Positions 12,600 to 28,200 of a stretch of DNA of 64,000 nt are shown in pieces. Location of the stretch: contig CM041465.1 of NCBI GenBank assembly GCA_023213395.1, positions 45,763,741-45,827,740 of the forward strand, given 5' to 3'. This stretch comes from Cycas panzhihuaensis (lineage: Eukaryota > Plantae > Cycadophyta). The notes under the pieces were generated by a model. That model had not been told where the DNA came from and did not search any database. It was given only the letters and a program-made list of their open reading frames with translations. The position numbers and the translations under genes are program-made. Each line of letters starts with the position of its first letter. The stretch's first letter is position 1.

Positions 12600-15500
12600 C
12601 AACACTTCATAGTCTCCACCAATTTAGTATTTCCATCATTGTTTGGTTTCTTCTCTTGGCCCTAAATTTATGGTTGGGTCTATCTTGATGATGTATGGAC
12701 CTAAAATGATAATTATATCATTAAAGTCTAAAGAATATTAAAAGCAAACAACATGAAAGAAAAATAAGAAGGCTCAAGGTACAAGAGAAGGGTAAGTTAA
12801 TCTAAACTATAAAATTCTTTTTTCTCTTAGTTCTTTCATCTTTCATACTTGTACATCTTCTAGTCCCATGACCATTTACATCTCTAGGTATGCTATCATT
12901 AAAAGGCTTCTTGTATTTGTTCATAGAAACAACCATAATCATGCAAGATGTATACAATCCTCTCCTATTTTAGGTTTAAAATGGACAAGGCCTAGGCCCC
13001 ACTTCATGGCCTAGTTAGAATATATAGTCTATTTTTCTAACAATTTTTTTCCCATATGGTATTTATTCTTCATATATTGTCTAATCTTAGGGAATTGATT
13101 AAGCACCATTAGCTAATTCTATCCTCTAAGGTTTGAAGATATCATTCTCTTGTGTAGTATATTAACTAGTTCTCTTTCATGTTATAATGTCTTTCAAAGA
13201 GTATCAAAATATATTGCCATTATCAAAATTGAGTAAGTCTCTAGGTAATACCTTCAACAAACTTACTCACTACCCTAGGACTTGCTTAAAGTTGGACCTC
13301 CTTACCAGGATTCATGCTAACATGAGTGCATAGATATATAAATTAAAAAGTGTAGATCCAAATTATGGCTAATAATAGCCCTGCCAATCATGCAATAAGA
13401 TTGTATAGTGTGTAACCCCTTTTTTAATCTCTTTCACCATCATTCTTAATATTTTCTTTAGGCTAAGCAATTTTCCACTCAAACATCCTTCTCCCTAGTT
13501 GCTCATACTCTCTCATGGCTTCTTGTGATTTGACCATGTCTAATGGAGCATTAAACTACTATATGCCAATGATCTATATATAAGTGTGGCCTCACCCCCT
13601 TGCCATTTATTATGATTTTACCTAATTTAATGTCACTTGTCTCTTAATTAATGGCATGCGAGGGATTTTACTTTCTACTTACCTCCCACAAGGGTAATGA
13701 TGAGAAAACGTAGAGGAAACAGTATCTCATAAGATCAATATTTATAGAACTATAATCATTGCATATACAAGTTTAATGTGACATTTATTATCGATCACTT
13801 TGCCATTTAATATGTTGATGCTCTTAATGTGTTTGAATAATTGGCAATGACCTAGAACTATTACCACGTGGTCATTCCTCTATACATTATTCTATATCTA
13901 TCCCCTTTTAATACACCTTTGTGCTTTACTTTATTCATATCGTTTCCACCCACCCCCCCAATTGCTTGACGAACTACCAATCTTCTCTATCATCTCCTTA
14001 TATAATATTGGAATTAATTATAATGTGGCTAATTTAATACTTCTGTCCAACTTTTAGACCTCTTCCTCCCATGGGGGAAGCTTCTCTCATTCCTTAAGGG
14101 CAATGGACCATAGATTTGCATGTTGTAAGGTCCAATTAGTCTTAAATTTGAAAGTGAATTACTCCATTGTATCTTCAACCACCTACTTTATGTTTTTTAT
14201 GAATTAGCCTCAATCTATAATTTTTCTTCTTCCAAAGAAAATGGATCAAGCCCATCTATCAAGCATTGCATCTCAACTATTATTAGCTCTACTACCCCCT
14301 AAATTTCCCTTATACTAGTAGTAACAACTTTGGCCTAGTCCATATTTATATCTAATATACATTGCCATCTAGTTATGAAAGTGTCACCTCCTTAGCCTTC
14401 ATGGCAACTACATGTTTTTAAAGAGCACCAAGCTTACCATATTCTTATGGCTCCTACTTATAGGGTATCTACACTATTACACAGACATGCTTTAATCTCT
14501 AAATTCTTTTTTTTTTTAATATAAATAACCTTCTCATGAAATGCCAAAGATATAAGATTAAGGCTTTGCTTTTATTTTTTGACTTATCCATTAGCAAGTC
14601 AATTGCTTGTAAGGCTTTACCTCCATTTACCACCTTAATTTTTAATTTTTCTAATTCTTATGTAGATACATCTAGTTAATTTTTAGTGTTAAGGTTAGGG
14701 CTCTCTACTTTGGTTGATATATTTTCTTGTGTAAAGCTTAGATTTTCAGCCCATAAGGCTTTATATTCTTACATGATTTATTCTAATTAAGCCTATAGAG
14801 ATATCACCTTGTCTTAGACTATTTGGCCCATGGCCAAATGCAAACTAACTACCTATATTATTATGTCCTCCTTAATAGATATTAAACTTATTTTAATCTA
14901 CTTCTTTCTCTTCATAATAACTTTTGGGAGAGCTTTTATGTCCCTACTCTATTAATAAAATATTTCTTCTATTATATGATCATAGGATAACAATTGGGCC
15001 TATTGAATAGTTAGTACTCTTATTCTCCTACATTCTTCCTCTCATGGGTCTAGGGTAGATGCCTATTACATCATTTTTTCTTCTTCAGGCATCTCCTTAT
15101 CAATGTTTTCCACTTGTATCTATTGGGCTTGGGCTTCTAGCTACTCCTCAAAGGAGGCATTGAGAAATTCTATAACCATTTCAGTCTTTGATGTATTTCC
15201 CTTTAAGGAATACTCTTTAGGGGGGATTTTACTATGATAAGGGCTTCAAACTAAATTTGTATAGGAATATGTATAGTTGTTAATTAATTTTTCTCTTATG
15301 CTTTAAAGCCTAGAGAAATTACTTTGGCTTACTAGCAATTTACAATCTCCCTAATCTCCATAATAGCCCTCTCTGGTGAGGTTGTATAGTATAGAGGCTC
15401 CTCTATAGTAGTACTCTCTAGTGGTATTAACTCTCATATGGCCTTTTCCCCAATCATATTGCTTTCCACCTAGTTAAATAGAATTATTAACTGTAAAGCT

Positions 15501-17200
15501 GCTAAAGCCCTTGTAGGATCAATGCCTAAATTTTTTGCCTTATCTTTTTACTAGATGATAAACAAAGTAACAGTAATTTCCCTCACCACCTCTAATCCAC
15601 ACATTATCTTCATTTTCTTGACTACCTATTGAATAACTTATACACGAGGTGATTAGGAAGGAGGAAAGATAATAGTTGTATACAATATTTGGGGGTTATT
15701 CTAGATTAATACAACTCGTTACATTGTTTGTATAACCTATGTTGGCTATTTTAAGTGGGTAAGGAACTTCTCAACCAATTGTTATGATTTTATAGCTTAA
15801 GAAGATGAGCCTTCTAGATTTTTCCTCTTCTAATCAGTAGGGCAAAAAACTAGTGATAAGCAAATATTAGTCTCATCTTCAGAGTTTCTAAGGCTCTCTA
15901 ATCCATCTAAATCATGCTTTGTATGGGCCATCTACATACTAGATAGATAATCATTCATCACCTAATCAAGGTCATGGATGGTGTTTCTCATATTATAGAC
16001 TTTCAATAGTTTGCCCATGCTTTCAATAGTTGGCCATATATTAAACTCCTATTGGCCTTTTTAAACATGCCTTAGATGATAAAGCATTTTCTTATTCTTT
16101 ACAAAATGCCTAATCCTTATTAATGATAGTTTTTGGCAAATTTTCATAACACATGCATATGTCAAGGGACACTTAGGTAAATATAGGCCATAGCCATGGT
16201 GTCTAAACAACCATATTATATAATAACTTGGATAGAGGTAGAAGCCTTCATACCATCTACTAGCCTTCCCTTTAATCAAATATTTGACCTCTTTATCAAA
16301 ACTCTTCTTTCTTTATAATATGTAGAAAACCATCTAATAATTTATAGAGGTGCAAGGGTTCATCTATGTGCCATACTTTAAAGAATTTAAACAGAATGGT
16401 AATGTCTTCTACTTCTTACTTCTTTTTATATTACAACAAATACAAAAATTTTCTTAAGTCTAACAATACATCCACCAAGTAGGACATATGAGGCTTTACA
16501 CTTATATGGAGGTTGTTGAGCTAAGTAACCAATGTATTCCTGAAGGAATTTTTCCTTTTGGCTTTGTGCAATAATATACACATATAGTAAGGCGAGTTTT
16601 TCATCATCATAATACCTAAAAGCTTTACCAAGCAATGAAAACTAGAACTAAATTCATCCTTGGAATAGTTCAAACTTCAGACCATCTTTCCTCATGTCCC
16701 ACTTTAGAGGAATAAGTTGCCAATTAGAGATTTGCACACCCAAATGCTTGTCCTTATTTATGGATTCACTAAGGTTATCAATATCGAATAAACATTCATT
16801 TATGGCAAGTTAAAAATCTTATGTAGATTATCAAAAGTAAGGTCACAAATAACCTTAGCATTTTGGGATATAGTTCTTTTTTCATCTATTCTATAGAAAG
16901 GGGCCAATGTGGATATTTACTCTAGATATAGGAATACTTTAGGAATGAAACCATATTAGCTAATCCACATCTGAATATATCACTCTTTGTATTCTTTTTA
17001 GCTTTGGATTATTCCCAATCTATAGTGATATTATGCATTACAAAATCATTATGGTTAGCATTATGATAAAAGACATGAGTATTTCCCTTCTAAATTGTAG
17101 ACCTTAGGAATTCTAACATCTACCTCAATTCTACTATTTTTATTTTAGTAACTTTTCTTGAAATATTATTGTAAATAACACGCAACACACAAGGCAAGTC
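12600..17200 (-). mobile_element. Very old Gypsy (Ogre/Tat-like) gag-to-pre-RT remnant
   Basis: Scattered motifs on the minus strand: KYGT*MNPC (gag KYDG..P-like, ~16370), G-patch-like GKKLLEK..WGLG (~13060-12985), and INLGPREETK (~12670) resembling the pre-RT linker. No intact ORF. Confidence 0.35.
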
Positions 17201-18229
17201 TTGAAGCTAAATGCCACCATATATGTTATTTGCACCTTATTAAATCTTTATTAGTCAGCCTCCATTGAATTTAATAGCCCTTGTTTGGCTTCACAAATGA
17301 GTAGTCCTTTAAGTGTATGATTTTATAATTAAGAATAAATTCACAAGGTTGAAATTCTTTGAGGATTATTTAATCATGATCAACTAATTGATCGCATGCA
17401 TGCCTCATGTTAGCCCATTGAACAATCATGCTTAACTTCATAGCTTTCACATTCATATTTCTCTATTCAAGGTTCATGCCCCTTGCTAAGGCATAGTATT
17501 CTATGAAGTATCCAAGATTATGCCATATGCCTATGAATGAATGACTTAAAATGGATTCACATGGCATGCCTTCATGGACCTTAAGTTTTGGCATAATGGT
17601 CTCTATTATGAAGCCATTAAGATGGTCACACATTTAAGTTCCTAAAATGGTTAGGATTAACTTTGCAATGCCTTTACTCCAGGCCCTTCTTTATACAAGT
17701 ATGTCCAAATATGAGCGTGAGTCAATGGATCTAATAGTTGATGTTGAATTCACATCTAACTCCTTCACTAAATGCTCACTTCACATAAATGTTCAATCAT
17801 AAGGCTCCCTTCCAAAGTATAAGAGATTTGGCCACATCTTCAAAGTATTGACAACTTAGATCAACTCCACTCTTTATTTATTTGTGAATACTCCCTCTTG
17901 CTTTATCTCAACATGTATTGTTTGCTCATATGACTCTAATTAACTTTGTAAGTGATTGCTTTGTAAATTTCCTCCTTTATAGATACTCCATTTCCATTTG
18001 ATTAAGTAAGCTTTACTCTTTGTGGAGCATCTTAGAAGCCCCCACTTGTCCTTAATTTCAATATCCATGATTATGTCCACTAATAATTCCTTCATAGGTC
18101 AACTTCTCCATTTTCTTGTAAAGTCTAATGCTTAATTTTTAACAAAGCATACCTTTTTATCTAATCTATTGGAATTATATGACCTCCTTTTGATAGACCT
18201 TAAGAATTTCATGTAAGATTTTGATGTCA

Positions 18230-19830
18230 TCATTAATATAGTAGCTATTATATTATTGGAAATGATGATATTATTATTGATCTTGATAGAATGAAAGTTA
18301 TCCCATAACTCCTCCTTCCTTCTAATGGATCAGGTTGATAATATTTCTTTCGTAAAGTGGATTTTCTTAGGGAGTTTATCCTAAAATTTTATAAGATTAC
18401 TTTGCTTATGAATACATTACTCAAGACTAAAGATGATTTCAAAAGGGATAAGGAGGCTTAAGAGTCCTTCACCTAAATTAAAGTGGAGGAGTTGGTCCAA
18501 CTTGAGAAAAATCAAATGGAAAATGTGTTAGTTTAGTTGTGACTATATTATAGGTCCAAAAGGAAGAAGTAGTTCATCCTAATTTAGAGATCATTTATAT
18601 ATATATAATGCATGGGAAATTACCACCTTCTATTTAGAAAAAAGAAAATTATTTAATCAAACTTCAAGCCATACATTATGTGTTGATTAAAGGGAAACTA
18701 TTTGGGAGGGGATATGATGGGACACTACTTAAGTGAATGAATGACCAACAAGCCTAGAAGACCCTAGAGGAATTTCATGGTAGGGTTTGTGGAGAATATT
18801 TTATAGTTAAAACCACCACTCATAAAATCCTAAGAGTAGAATTTTTCTAGCCTATTATGCTCTAAAAGGCCTTGCAAAAGGTCAAATCTTATAAGGAGTG
18901 CCAAAGATTTATTAAGAAGGAAAATTTATCAATAATGCCTTTCAAACTCATTTATTATGACATGCCTTTTGATCAATGGATCTTAGACTTTATTGGTCTA
19001 ATCAACCCAGTGCCTAGTAAAGGCCATAGGTATATCATTTCAACCATAAACTACTTCACAAGATGGGTAGAGGCAATATTGACTAAGAGGGAAACCACAT
19101 TAGTGGTTATTAAGTTCCTTCGTCAAACTATATTGATAAGATTTAGGGTGCCTTCAAGGTTTACTTTTTATAATGGTCATGCTTTTGTTTCCTTTGTAAT
19201 GGTTGAATTCTATAGAAATTATGGGATATTACTAAGTCTTACATATAATTATCACCCATGAGGCAATAGGCTAGTTGAATCTACTAATAAGAACTTGGTT
19301 AGGATTTTAAAGAGGATCATTAAGAAAACCTATAGAGATTTGCACAATAAGTTATATCAAGCTTTATGGACAAATGAGATTTTCATGAAAAGGTAATCAA
19401 CTATTCTCCTTATTTCCTTATATATGCAAAAGAGTTTATCCTACCTACTCACCTTTTCATAGAAGCCCTCCAATTGCTACAAGATAATAATGAGGTTACT
19501 CCACTTGATAAGAGGACTATATAATTTGATGGATTTGGAAGAAAAAAGAATAAAAGTCAAGATCCAACTCAAATTCAAGTAGGACAAGGAAGAAATGTGT
19601 TTTAACAAGTCTACCTCAAATCAAAAGGATTCTTAATTAAAAGATCAAGTGTTAATTTGAGACAAAATTTGATAAAAACCAAAAGCTCATAAGAAATTCA
19701 ACTTGTTATAGGTAGGGCCTTATCAAATCATCAAAGTGATAGTGCCTAATGCTTTTGGGTTAAAGGATATGGTTAGTTAACCCTTACCATTACCTATCAA
19801 TGGTCAATATTTGAAGAGGTTTTACCTCCA
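18230..19830 (+). mobile_element. Decayed Tat-like Gypsy pol fragment: end of RT, RNase H apparently deleted, integrase
   Basis: RT tail FFRKVDFLREFI; integrase zinc finger LEEFHGRVCG..THKILR..CQ; core PFDQWILDFIG..YFTRWVEA (ORF 18872-19261); C-terminal GPYQII..PINGQYLKRFY. Confidence 0.85.
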
Positions 19831-22243
19831 ACACTCTCTTTCATTTCAATATTTACCTTATTTTCTTTTGGTTAAATATGAAAATATGTACATGAATGCT
19901 AATTTTTGTTGTGTAGATCTATGTTTTAGATTTTCTATTCTGGAATAATAAATGGTTTTTCATAACCCATTAGGGAAAATGAAAAGTTAAGAGGCCAATA
20001 TTAACTTGATTTTGGGTCGTGTATTAATTAAATTTTGGTTTACATATGGACAAAGGAATAAAATAAAGTTGTAGCTAAGGCAAAAGATCTCTCATCTTAT
20101 TATGAGGCATGATATAAGTCTGCAACTTATATTGAACAAATTGGGCTAAGTATTACCTAATAAAATGTACTTAGAAAATCTTAAATATGAGGCATGATAT
20201 AACTCTATTTGGTGATGATCTTTACAATATGAAGATGATCCAAACAAATATTTCAATGAAGTAATATGATGTAAAACCATCTTCCTATCGGTATAATACC
20301 TTAATTATATGTGTGGGATCGAAGAGATGTTAAAGGAATAATATTGGGAAGGATGCTACTATGGATTTAATCAGTTTTTAAAGTTTATAAGTGGAAAAAT
20401 CTTACACCTTATATCTCACGAATGAGAGGAAAAAAGGATGTTCTTTTACATTACAAGATATAAGAATTAACAAAAATATTGCATCTTGTGTCTCATAAGT
20501 ATTAAGAAAAAGCTATGAGGCAACCATCATTAGAGACATGAGTTATGAGCTATGAGATAAAATGATAATCATATAGTCAAAATATAAGTTAATCTTGTTT
20601 GTTGATTCTATAATAAAGAGATTAATAAAAGGATGGAGTCAATGAGGGTGAAAGTATGAAAGTGAATTATAGCCATCAGATAGAGTCACTAATTTGATCA
20701 CAATCATTTATTTGATAATGAAGAAATGAGAAAAAAAAGATAATAAGTAAAGTCACAATAAATATGAGCTGTCTAATTAAGATTGGCCACTAAATTTGGA
20801 TCATTTGATTGATATGGGTGAGATACATGGAAAAGCTTATATCTTACATCTTTTAAATTTCCACAAATCTAGAAAATAAAAGATAAGTGAGACATGAGGA
20901 AAAGGAATAATAAGAGATCTGAGTTATCGGACGATGATGTAGGATGAGATCTAAGTTATTCGCTCATAAAGAAAGAATGAATTTGGAGTTGAAGGATCTG
21001 CAAAGAGATCATGGTCATTAGTTTAAATGGCACATGGCCATCATTTGATGATACTCATAACTGAGATGATCATATATCAGATAGATGATATTTAGAGCTT
21101 TTGAATGGAAGTAAACATTTATAAGTAAAACACCATTATTAATTTGAACAACATGTGGTATCATCATAACAACTTTGCAAGGAGATGACTCACATGAAGG
21201 GAATTTACAGATATGAAATAAAGAAGTGGTGATGAAGTGATTTGCAAGTAAGTAAATTATGAATGAATCATGATCTTTAAAAGATGAGAATACATGGAAG
21301 CATCAAGGAGCATTCACAAATAGAAAAAAATCTCATGACAAAGCATTGAGAATAAAATTTCTTGGTTGTGAGTGAGCACAGATTATTAGATCAAGATCAT
21401 ATGATAGATGTTGACCATCCATTTAAAAATAAAGCACAATAAAACTCACGCCTCATATTTTGCCTAAGGTAAAGGATAAAACGTGAGATTGTGCTAAAAA
21501 AGCACAAGTAAGAGATAAAATGATAACCATTAGATGATGACGTTGAATCAAATTTTGACCGTCCATTTGATAATGAAGTGTTAAGATAGCCAATTTGTAA
21601 ATAGATAAACCTATGTTTTATAAGGAAATATTGGTTATTAGATAGAGATATAAAAATCAAATTTGAATTATTGATTGGGGATAATCACTATTAATAAGCT
21701 TAGGTCATAAGTTGATTTGTGAGATACTCAATCTCTTTTAATTAGATCCAAAATAATTCAAGGATTACAAGAAGACGTGTAGTATTTGAGGTAATTATTA
21801 GTAGAAACCAAAAACAACATTGAGATAGTTATAACTACTCTAGAAAGCACAATGTAATTGGTAACCTTCCTAATCAAGAGAACAATTTAACTTTTAGGTC
21901 TTTTTGGCTTCTTCCTTCTTGGTTAGCTTATAAAAGGTAATCCTATGAAGGAAAGGAGTTTAGTACAACACTTGGGATAGTCTTTATATATCTAAAGTAC
22001 TTAATAGCTTCTTCTTAGATTTTGTCTATGAAATTGGGGATTTTTAAAGCTCATGGAGAAATAGGATTAAGAGGTTCTTAATCACTTTTAAAGAAGTATA
22101 ACAACCAAGATTATTGGTTGATATTTTTCTTTATAATAAAAATATATATGCATTATCATTGTCTTTATTTTCTTATAAATAAATATAGGTTTCTAGTATA
22201 TTCCTTTTAAGAGAGTACAACTTTCTTGGCTTTCTGTTAAAAG

Positions 22244-25200
22244 TGTTATTGTTAATGTTTATTTATGTCTTGTAACTTAGGTTATGAGCCTCCCCTTAAC
22301 CTTTTGTATTATATTAGATTTTAGAATGATTTAATTGTTATGTAAGTGATCAGTCATTAGGGGTTACAACTCTTACATCATATGTGTCTTATAATTAAGG
22401 ATTAAATTCCGTTTAGAATTTGTATTTATGTACATGCTATGTACTATTGAATTTTAATGAGAGATGATTTTATTTTGAGATTTTATCATTAATGTAAATC
22501 CAATTTTTATATTATTTTGATAGTGAATCTTGTAAAATTAGGTCTCTATTCCTATTAGATATAATATTTAAGAGATCACATGGTATAAAAGCTAGTTTTT
22601 TAATGTTGTTTTAATATTATATTACTATATAGGGAGCTAAAAAATTAATCTTTTTAGTAGTTTACAGGATGATGTTTGATACTACAAGTTATTAGTGTTT
22701 GGGTAGAGGTGATCCTCTATAACAATTATAGAGGCTACAAATGCTTGCTTAATTAAGGAGGGGTAGCCACTAAGAAGCTACAAATGCTTGCTTAATTAAT
22801 TTTAATGGTATAAAATATTCACAAGTTGAAGATACTTATTTAGAGTAATTTATTTACATGTTTTTGTTTCTGTACTAAACAGTGTAATATTTTTTTTTTT
22901 TAGTTTTTCTAAATCTAGAGCATATATTTATTAACTAGTAACATATAGATGTATTAAAATATTCTTCTTTTTAGCTTACTACTTTATTTATTGAGAAAAT
23001 TTTATTATTCTAATAGTGACAAGTAGGTACAAGTAGGTGACATGTAGGCATAAGTAGATGACATGTAGAGTTCAAACAAAAACCACCAAGAGGTAATGAA
23101 CAATGATTAAATGCAGAAGAAAGACCTCTATTAGTTAATAAAATGCACCTCTTTTGAAAGATTAAAGATAGATTTTTATCCTTTATTAAACATAATAAAT
23201 AATTATTAAAAGGATAATAAAATTTATAAAAGTCCTTTCTTAAGTGATTAATACCCTCTGTTAAATTGATGAGGTTAAACATGAGAAAGAAGATGCTCTA
23301 TTACTGAAGAAAATACAGTGAAAAACATAGACGAAAAGTAATGACGAGATAAAGAATGAAATACATTAAAAAGCATTGATAAAATATATTAAAAAGGTTC
23401 ATTTATTAAACTTTATGAAGGGTGGATATATCAAAATAGGAATATTCAAGAAAATATCCCAAAGTAAATATAATAATATTAAAAACATTAGAAAAAATAA
23501 ATAAAAAATTTTCAAGTTTAATGGTTGTCACACAACTTACACAAAAATGAGCAACTTGTGGCTAATAAAAATGACTAAATCTTAATAAATCAAGCATTAT
23601 TCTTTAAGTAGAGACTAGCATCCAACTCATAGCAGCCCATAGAAGTCATTTGAATGCTTAGACAAAAGAAATTTGTGCTCATTAAGTGGATTCACTCATA
23701 GAGGGTTATGTGATTAAATAAACATGCAGAGGCCAGTTTTTCTCATTTTGAGTTGAAAGAAACAAAAAGTGGGTTATAGATTCATCACAAAGGATAGTAT
23801 ATATGATTTCACTATGATCTAAGAGCCACAAGAAGTAGAAGAAAGTGAAATAGAGCAAAACAATTAGCCAAACAATGTGAAAATTCAGTCAAACAAACCC
23901 TATTCAACATGAGATCAAAATATCTGATATGCAAACTAATTACAAATCTAATGAGGCAACATGTATGATGTAATAACAAAATACATAGCTAGATTTATTC
24001 TCCATTAAGAAAAATTTACTCATAGAAGGAAATCATGAACATAGTAGGGAGATAACCATTTCTACATGCACAATGATGAAAGATAGAATGAAACCCCTTA
24101 CACTAACCTATCATTCTAATCCTTGACAACCTGATAGTCTACTGGTAAAATTATTTCGAGAGGAAATAACTCTATTTGTTAAAAAAAGTGATTTTTATAG
24201 AGAGAACCATTATTATTCACTCAATTTTTTAGAATGTTCCATGGAGAATATTATTTATAAAACTTCGGATAAATTTTATTTAATGTTTTATAAAGTTTAA
24301 GTGACATTAAACTTATTTATATTTCCATTTGGAGTTTAGTGCAAAGCCCCCCTACCTTCTAGCCCCTGATCACATTGTGTTTTAGGAGCTATATCCGTTT
24401 TTGGATCATCCAAAGTTAGTTTTTAGAAAGTGAATATACCATGGCATATGATTTTTTGAGATCTACAATATAGTAATGGTCATATAAATTAATTTAGAAT
24501 AAAATTTTGGTTAATATTTTTTTTTTTCCTGGCATATTCTGAATATTTACAAGTAGACTAAGGCACCAAATTTGATCATATTAGCTACCTGCATGTTGGC
24601 CAATGTTATTTACACCTTTATTCTTCTATTTATGTTCTTATTTAGTTATTTTTAAATTGTTTTTATTTTGTTTAAAATGGCTTCTAAAGAAAGCATAATG
24701 GGAATTGTCATAAAAAATTTACTAATCCTAAAAATTACATAATCTTGAAACATCAGATGCATAATTTCTTTCACCTAAAGGATCTTTGAAAATATTTTGA
24801 TAATTCTATGATGGAAAAGGATGTCAATAAGACCATTGGTTATAAAAATTAATTGAAGATAGATGTTGACTTTAACAGTGATTATCAATCAAAGATGAAG
24901 ATTACATTTAGATTTCTTAGTTTATCAATCAATGGTAATATTATTTTGAACATTAGGGATGCTACTATACTGAAGCAAATATGAGACACAAGTATGAACC
25001 TATTTAAGAGCACATGACATGAGAGCCCTCAACTTATAGAGTTAATTACACATATTAAAGATGACAAGAAACATAGTGGATTTCATGAGGCAAGTTAGAT
25101 TAATTCAAGATTAATTATTAACAATGTGAGAGATCATTCTTGATTCATAAGTTATAGCTAATATGATGAGGAGTCTTTACTCCCATATGAGAACTTCACA

Positions 25201-28200
25201 ACTACATTGACATTATTAGACAAATTATCCACTTTAGTGATTGGATCTTTAGAATTGCCACTTATGGAATATAAGTAGAAACTAAAGTATATACATGGTA
25301 AATCTTCTGGAGCACTGGCAACAAAGTTTAAAGGCAAAAGGGCTTATATTTTAAAGACAAATATACCATCTAAAATTATAATTAAAAAGGGAAAATAAGG
25401 ACCATCAAAGGGACAATACAGGCCTAAATGTTATCATTATAGAAAGTTAGGTCACATCAAAAAGGATTATTAAGTATAATAATGATAACAATAATCTCAA
25501 TAATCCTCAAATCAACCCCAACAACAAAGGCAACAACAACAACCATCTAGACAATGTGGTCATATGATAGACTTAGCTAAGGAAACATCAAATACAATCA
25601 CAACACAATTATTTGTTACCACATACAAAATTGGTTCTATTATACTAAATGTTTAGTTTATTGATTTAGGTACATCAAAACACATAACAGGAAGTTTGGA
25701 ATAGTTCAACAAAATGTGATAAATATATCAAAAAGTTACTATTAGGGATGACGCCAACTTATTTGTAATTGAAATTAGAAAAGTACCATTCACTTTACTA
25801 AATAATGATAAATGAGATCTAGAGAATGTCTTGTAAGTACATAATTTAAAGGTAAATCTTGTTTTAGTTGGTGAAATTAAACAATAAGATATGATTGTAA
25901 TGTTTGCTCAAGGATAGTATATAATTTGAGATAAATAGAATAAGATTGTAACAATAGGACTGAGAGAAAATAATATGCATAAATTATAAGGATACTCTTA
26001 TATACAAAAAACATTCTTTATCGTATCACTTAAGAAATAATTACGGCATGAAAGAATAGATTGATTGAATTACTCTAGTTTCCAATAAATGTATAAATTA
26101 AAAATGGTATATGGTCTACTTTGATTGATAATAAAAATTACTTATATGAACCTTGTATTTTTAGCAAGTAGCACGTGGAGCCATTTTCAAAGAAGAAAGC
26201 ATAGAGAGTGAAAAAAAGGTTAAGTTAAGGTTTTTCCATTGAAGGAAAATCACAAACCTTCACTTATTTTAAATAGTTTAAGGAGTTAGCAAAGAATGAA
26301 AGTGGATACAAGATTAATGTCCTATAATTAATAATGGTAGAGAGTACACTTCAAATGAAATCATCTAGTTCTATAATGATCATGGAATTCAGAGGTGGTT
26401 TGGTACTACTTATATACCTCAACAAATTAGAGTTACTCAAAGGATGAATAGAACTTTGGTTGAAAAAACCAAAGTAGTTATGAAAGATAAGGATGCATCT
26501 AATTTCTTATAGGTTGAAGCTATAAATATAACAACATATCTAATAAATAGAAGTACTACAAAGGCAATAAAGAACTTTACCCCTAAGGAAGTTTATTCAA
26601 ATAGGAAACCAATAATAAGTCATCTAAGAATATTTGAATGTAATGTGTACATATATATTCTAAAGGAAAAACTACAAAAGTTGGATGATAAAAATATAAA
26701 GTATATCCTTGTAGGATATCCTAAATAAAGTAAAACATATAGAGATTATGAGTTGTCTCCTCAAAAAGTTTATATAACATGTGATATAATTTTTCAAGAA
26801 GATAAAACTCATAATATTGATTCAATTGAGGTTGAAGAACCACCTAAATGTAGTACTTCATATGATACTTTTCAACTTGAATATGAATTGGTTAATATAT
26901 GAAATGAAGTAAAATTATAATTTTTTTAGTTTCTACAAATAAAATTTGAAAAGATACTAAAGAGAGAACTAAAGGCAAATCTAAGAAAAGAGTTTGATTT
27001 AACACCTTCATCTTCAAAGAAGAAGCTTCTAAAATGGTATACCAAAATGATGGAGGACATTAAAAGATTGTTACTTGATCTAAAGGAATGTAGAAATAAA
27101 AAATACAACCTTCTGAATAGGAGAATATAGCTCTTATGGCATATGTGTTGGATTCAAGTGAACCATCCATAATTGAAGATGCGATCAAAGAGCAAAAGTG
27201 GGATGAAGTTATGGAATCTAAAATCTAAGCTATCAAAAAGAACCATACATGGGATTTGATTGAATTCCTTATTGGCAAGTATGTAAAAGAATCTAAAAGG
27301 AAAAAATTTAAATTAAATAAATTTATAAATAAATATAAAGCTTGACTTATAATGAAAGGCTTCAAGTAGCTAGAAGGGATCAACTACCAAAAAACACTCA
27401 TTCTTATTGTAAAAATTAATATTATTTAAGTGATTATGGTAATAGTTATATAATTTAATTGGAAACTACACTAGATGGACATGAAAAGTGCATTTTGAAT
27501 GGGAATTTATATGAAGAAGTCTATATGGAGCAGTCACTTAACTTTGTTGAAAAAGGCCTTGTATGGCTTGGATCGGATGCATGGGCCTACTTATTGAAAG
27601 CCATTCTGCGGTTTCAGCTTCTTAGTATGAAATGATTGATTAATACTTTCTAAAGAATAGATTTTAATGTTTTCCAACTGACTCAAATCTTTATATCAAA
27701 CAAGAAAATGTTAATATCATGTTTGCGGTGTTATACATTAGTGATCTACTAATCATACATAATGATATCACAATGATATCAAATGTAAAATTAGGCTTGA
27801 GTCATTTCTTTGAGATAAAGGATCTAAGAACTCTACACTACTTCCTTGGTATGGAAATATATCAAAGGCCTAAACATACCTTTACAATACATGTAAAATA
27901 CTTTAAAAAAAATTGAAGAAATTTATTATGGATAATTGTAAACATGTACCTACCTACATAAAGACAAGTTCTCGATCAACAACTAAAAATAGTAGAGCAA
28001 ATGTTGATTCAACTTTGTATACATAACTTGTGGGAAGTTTAATATACTTGATCACTAGTAAACTTGATATTTCTTTTGTAGTTGGAATAGTATCCATATT
28101 TATAATAACACCAAAATAGGTTCACTAGAAAAGTTATAAAAAGAATCCTCAAATACTTGAAAGGGATGATTCAATATAGAATTAAATTTCATCGTAACAA

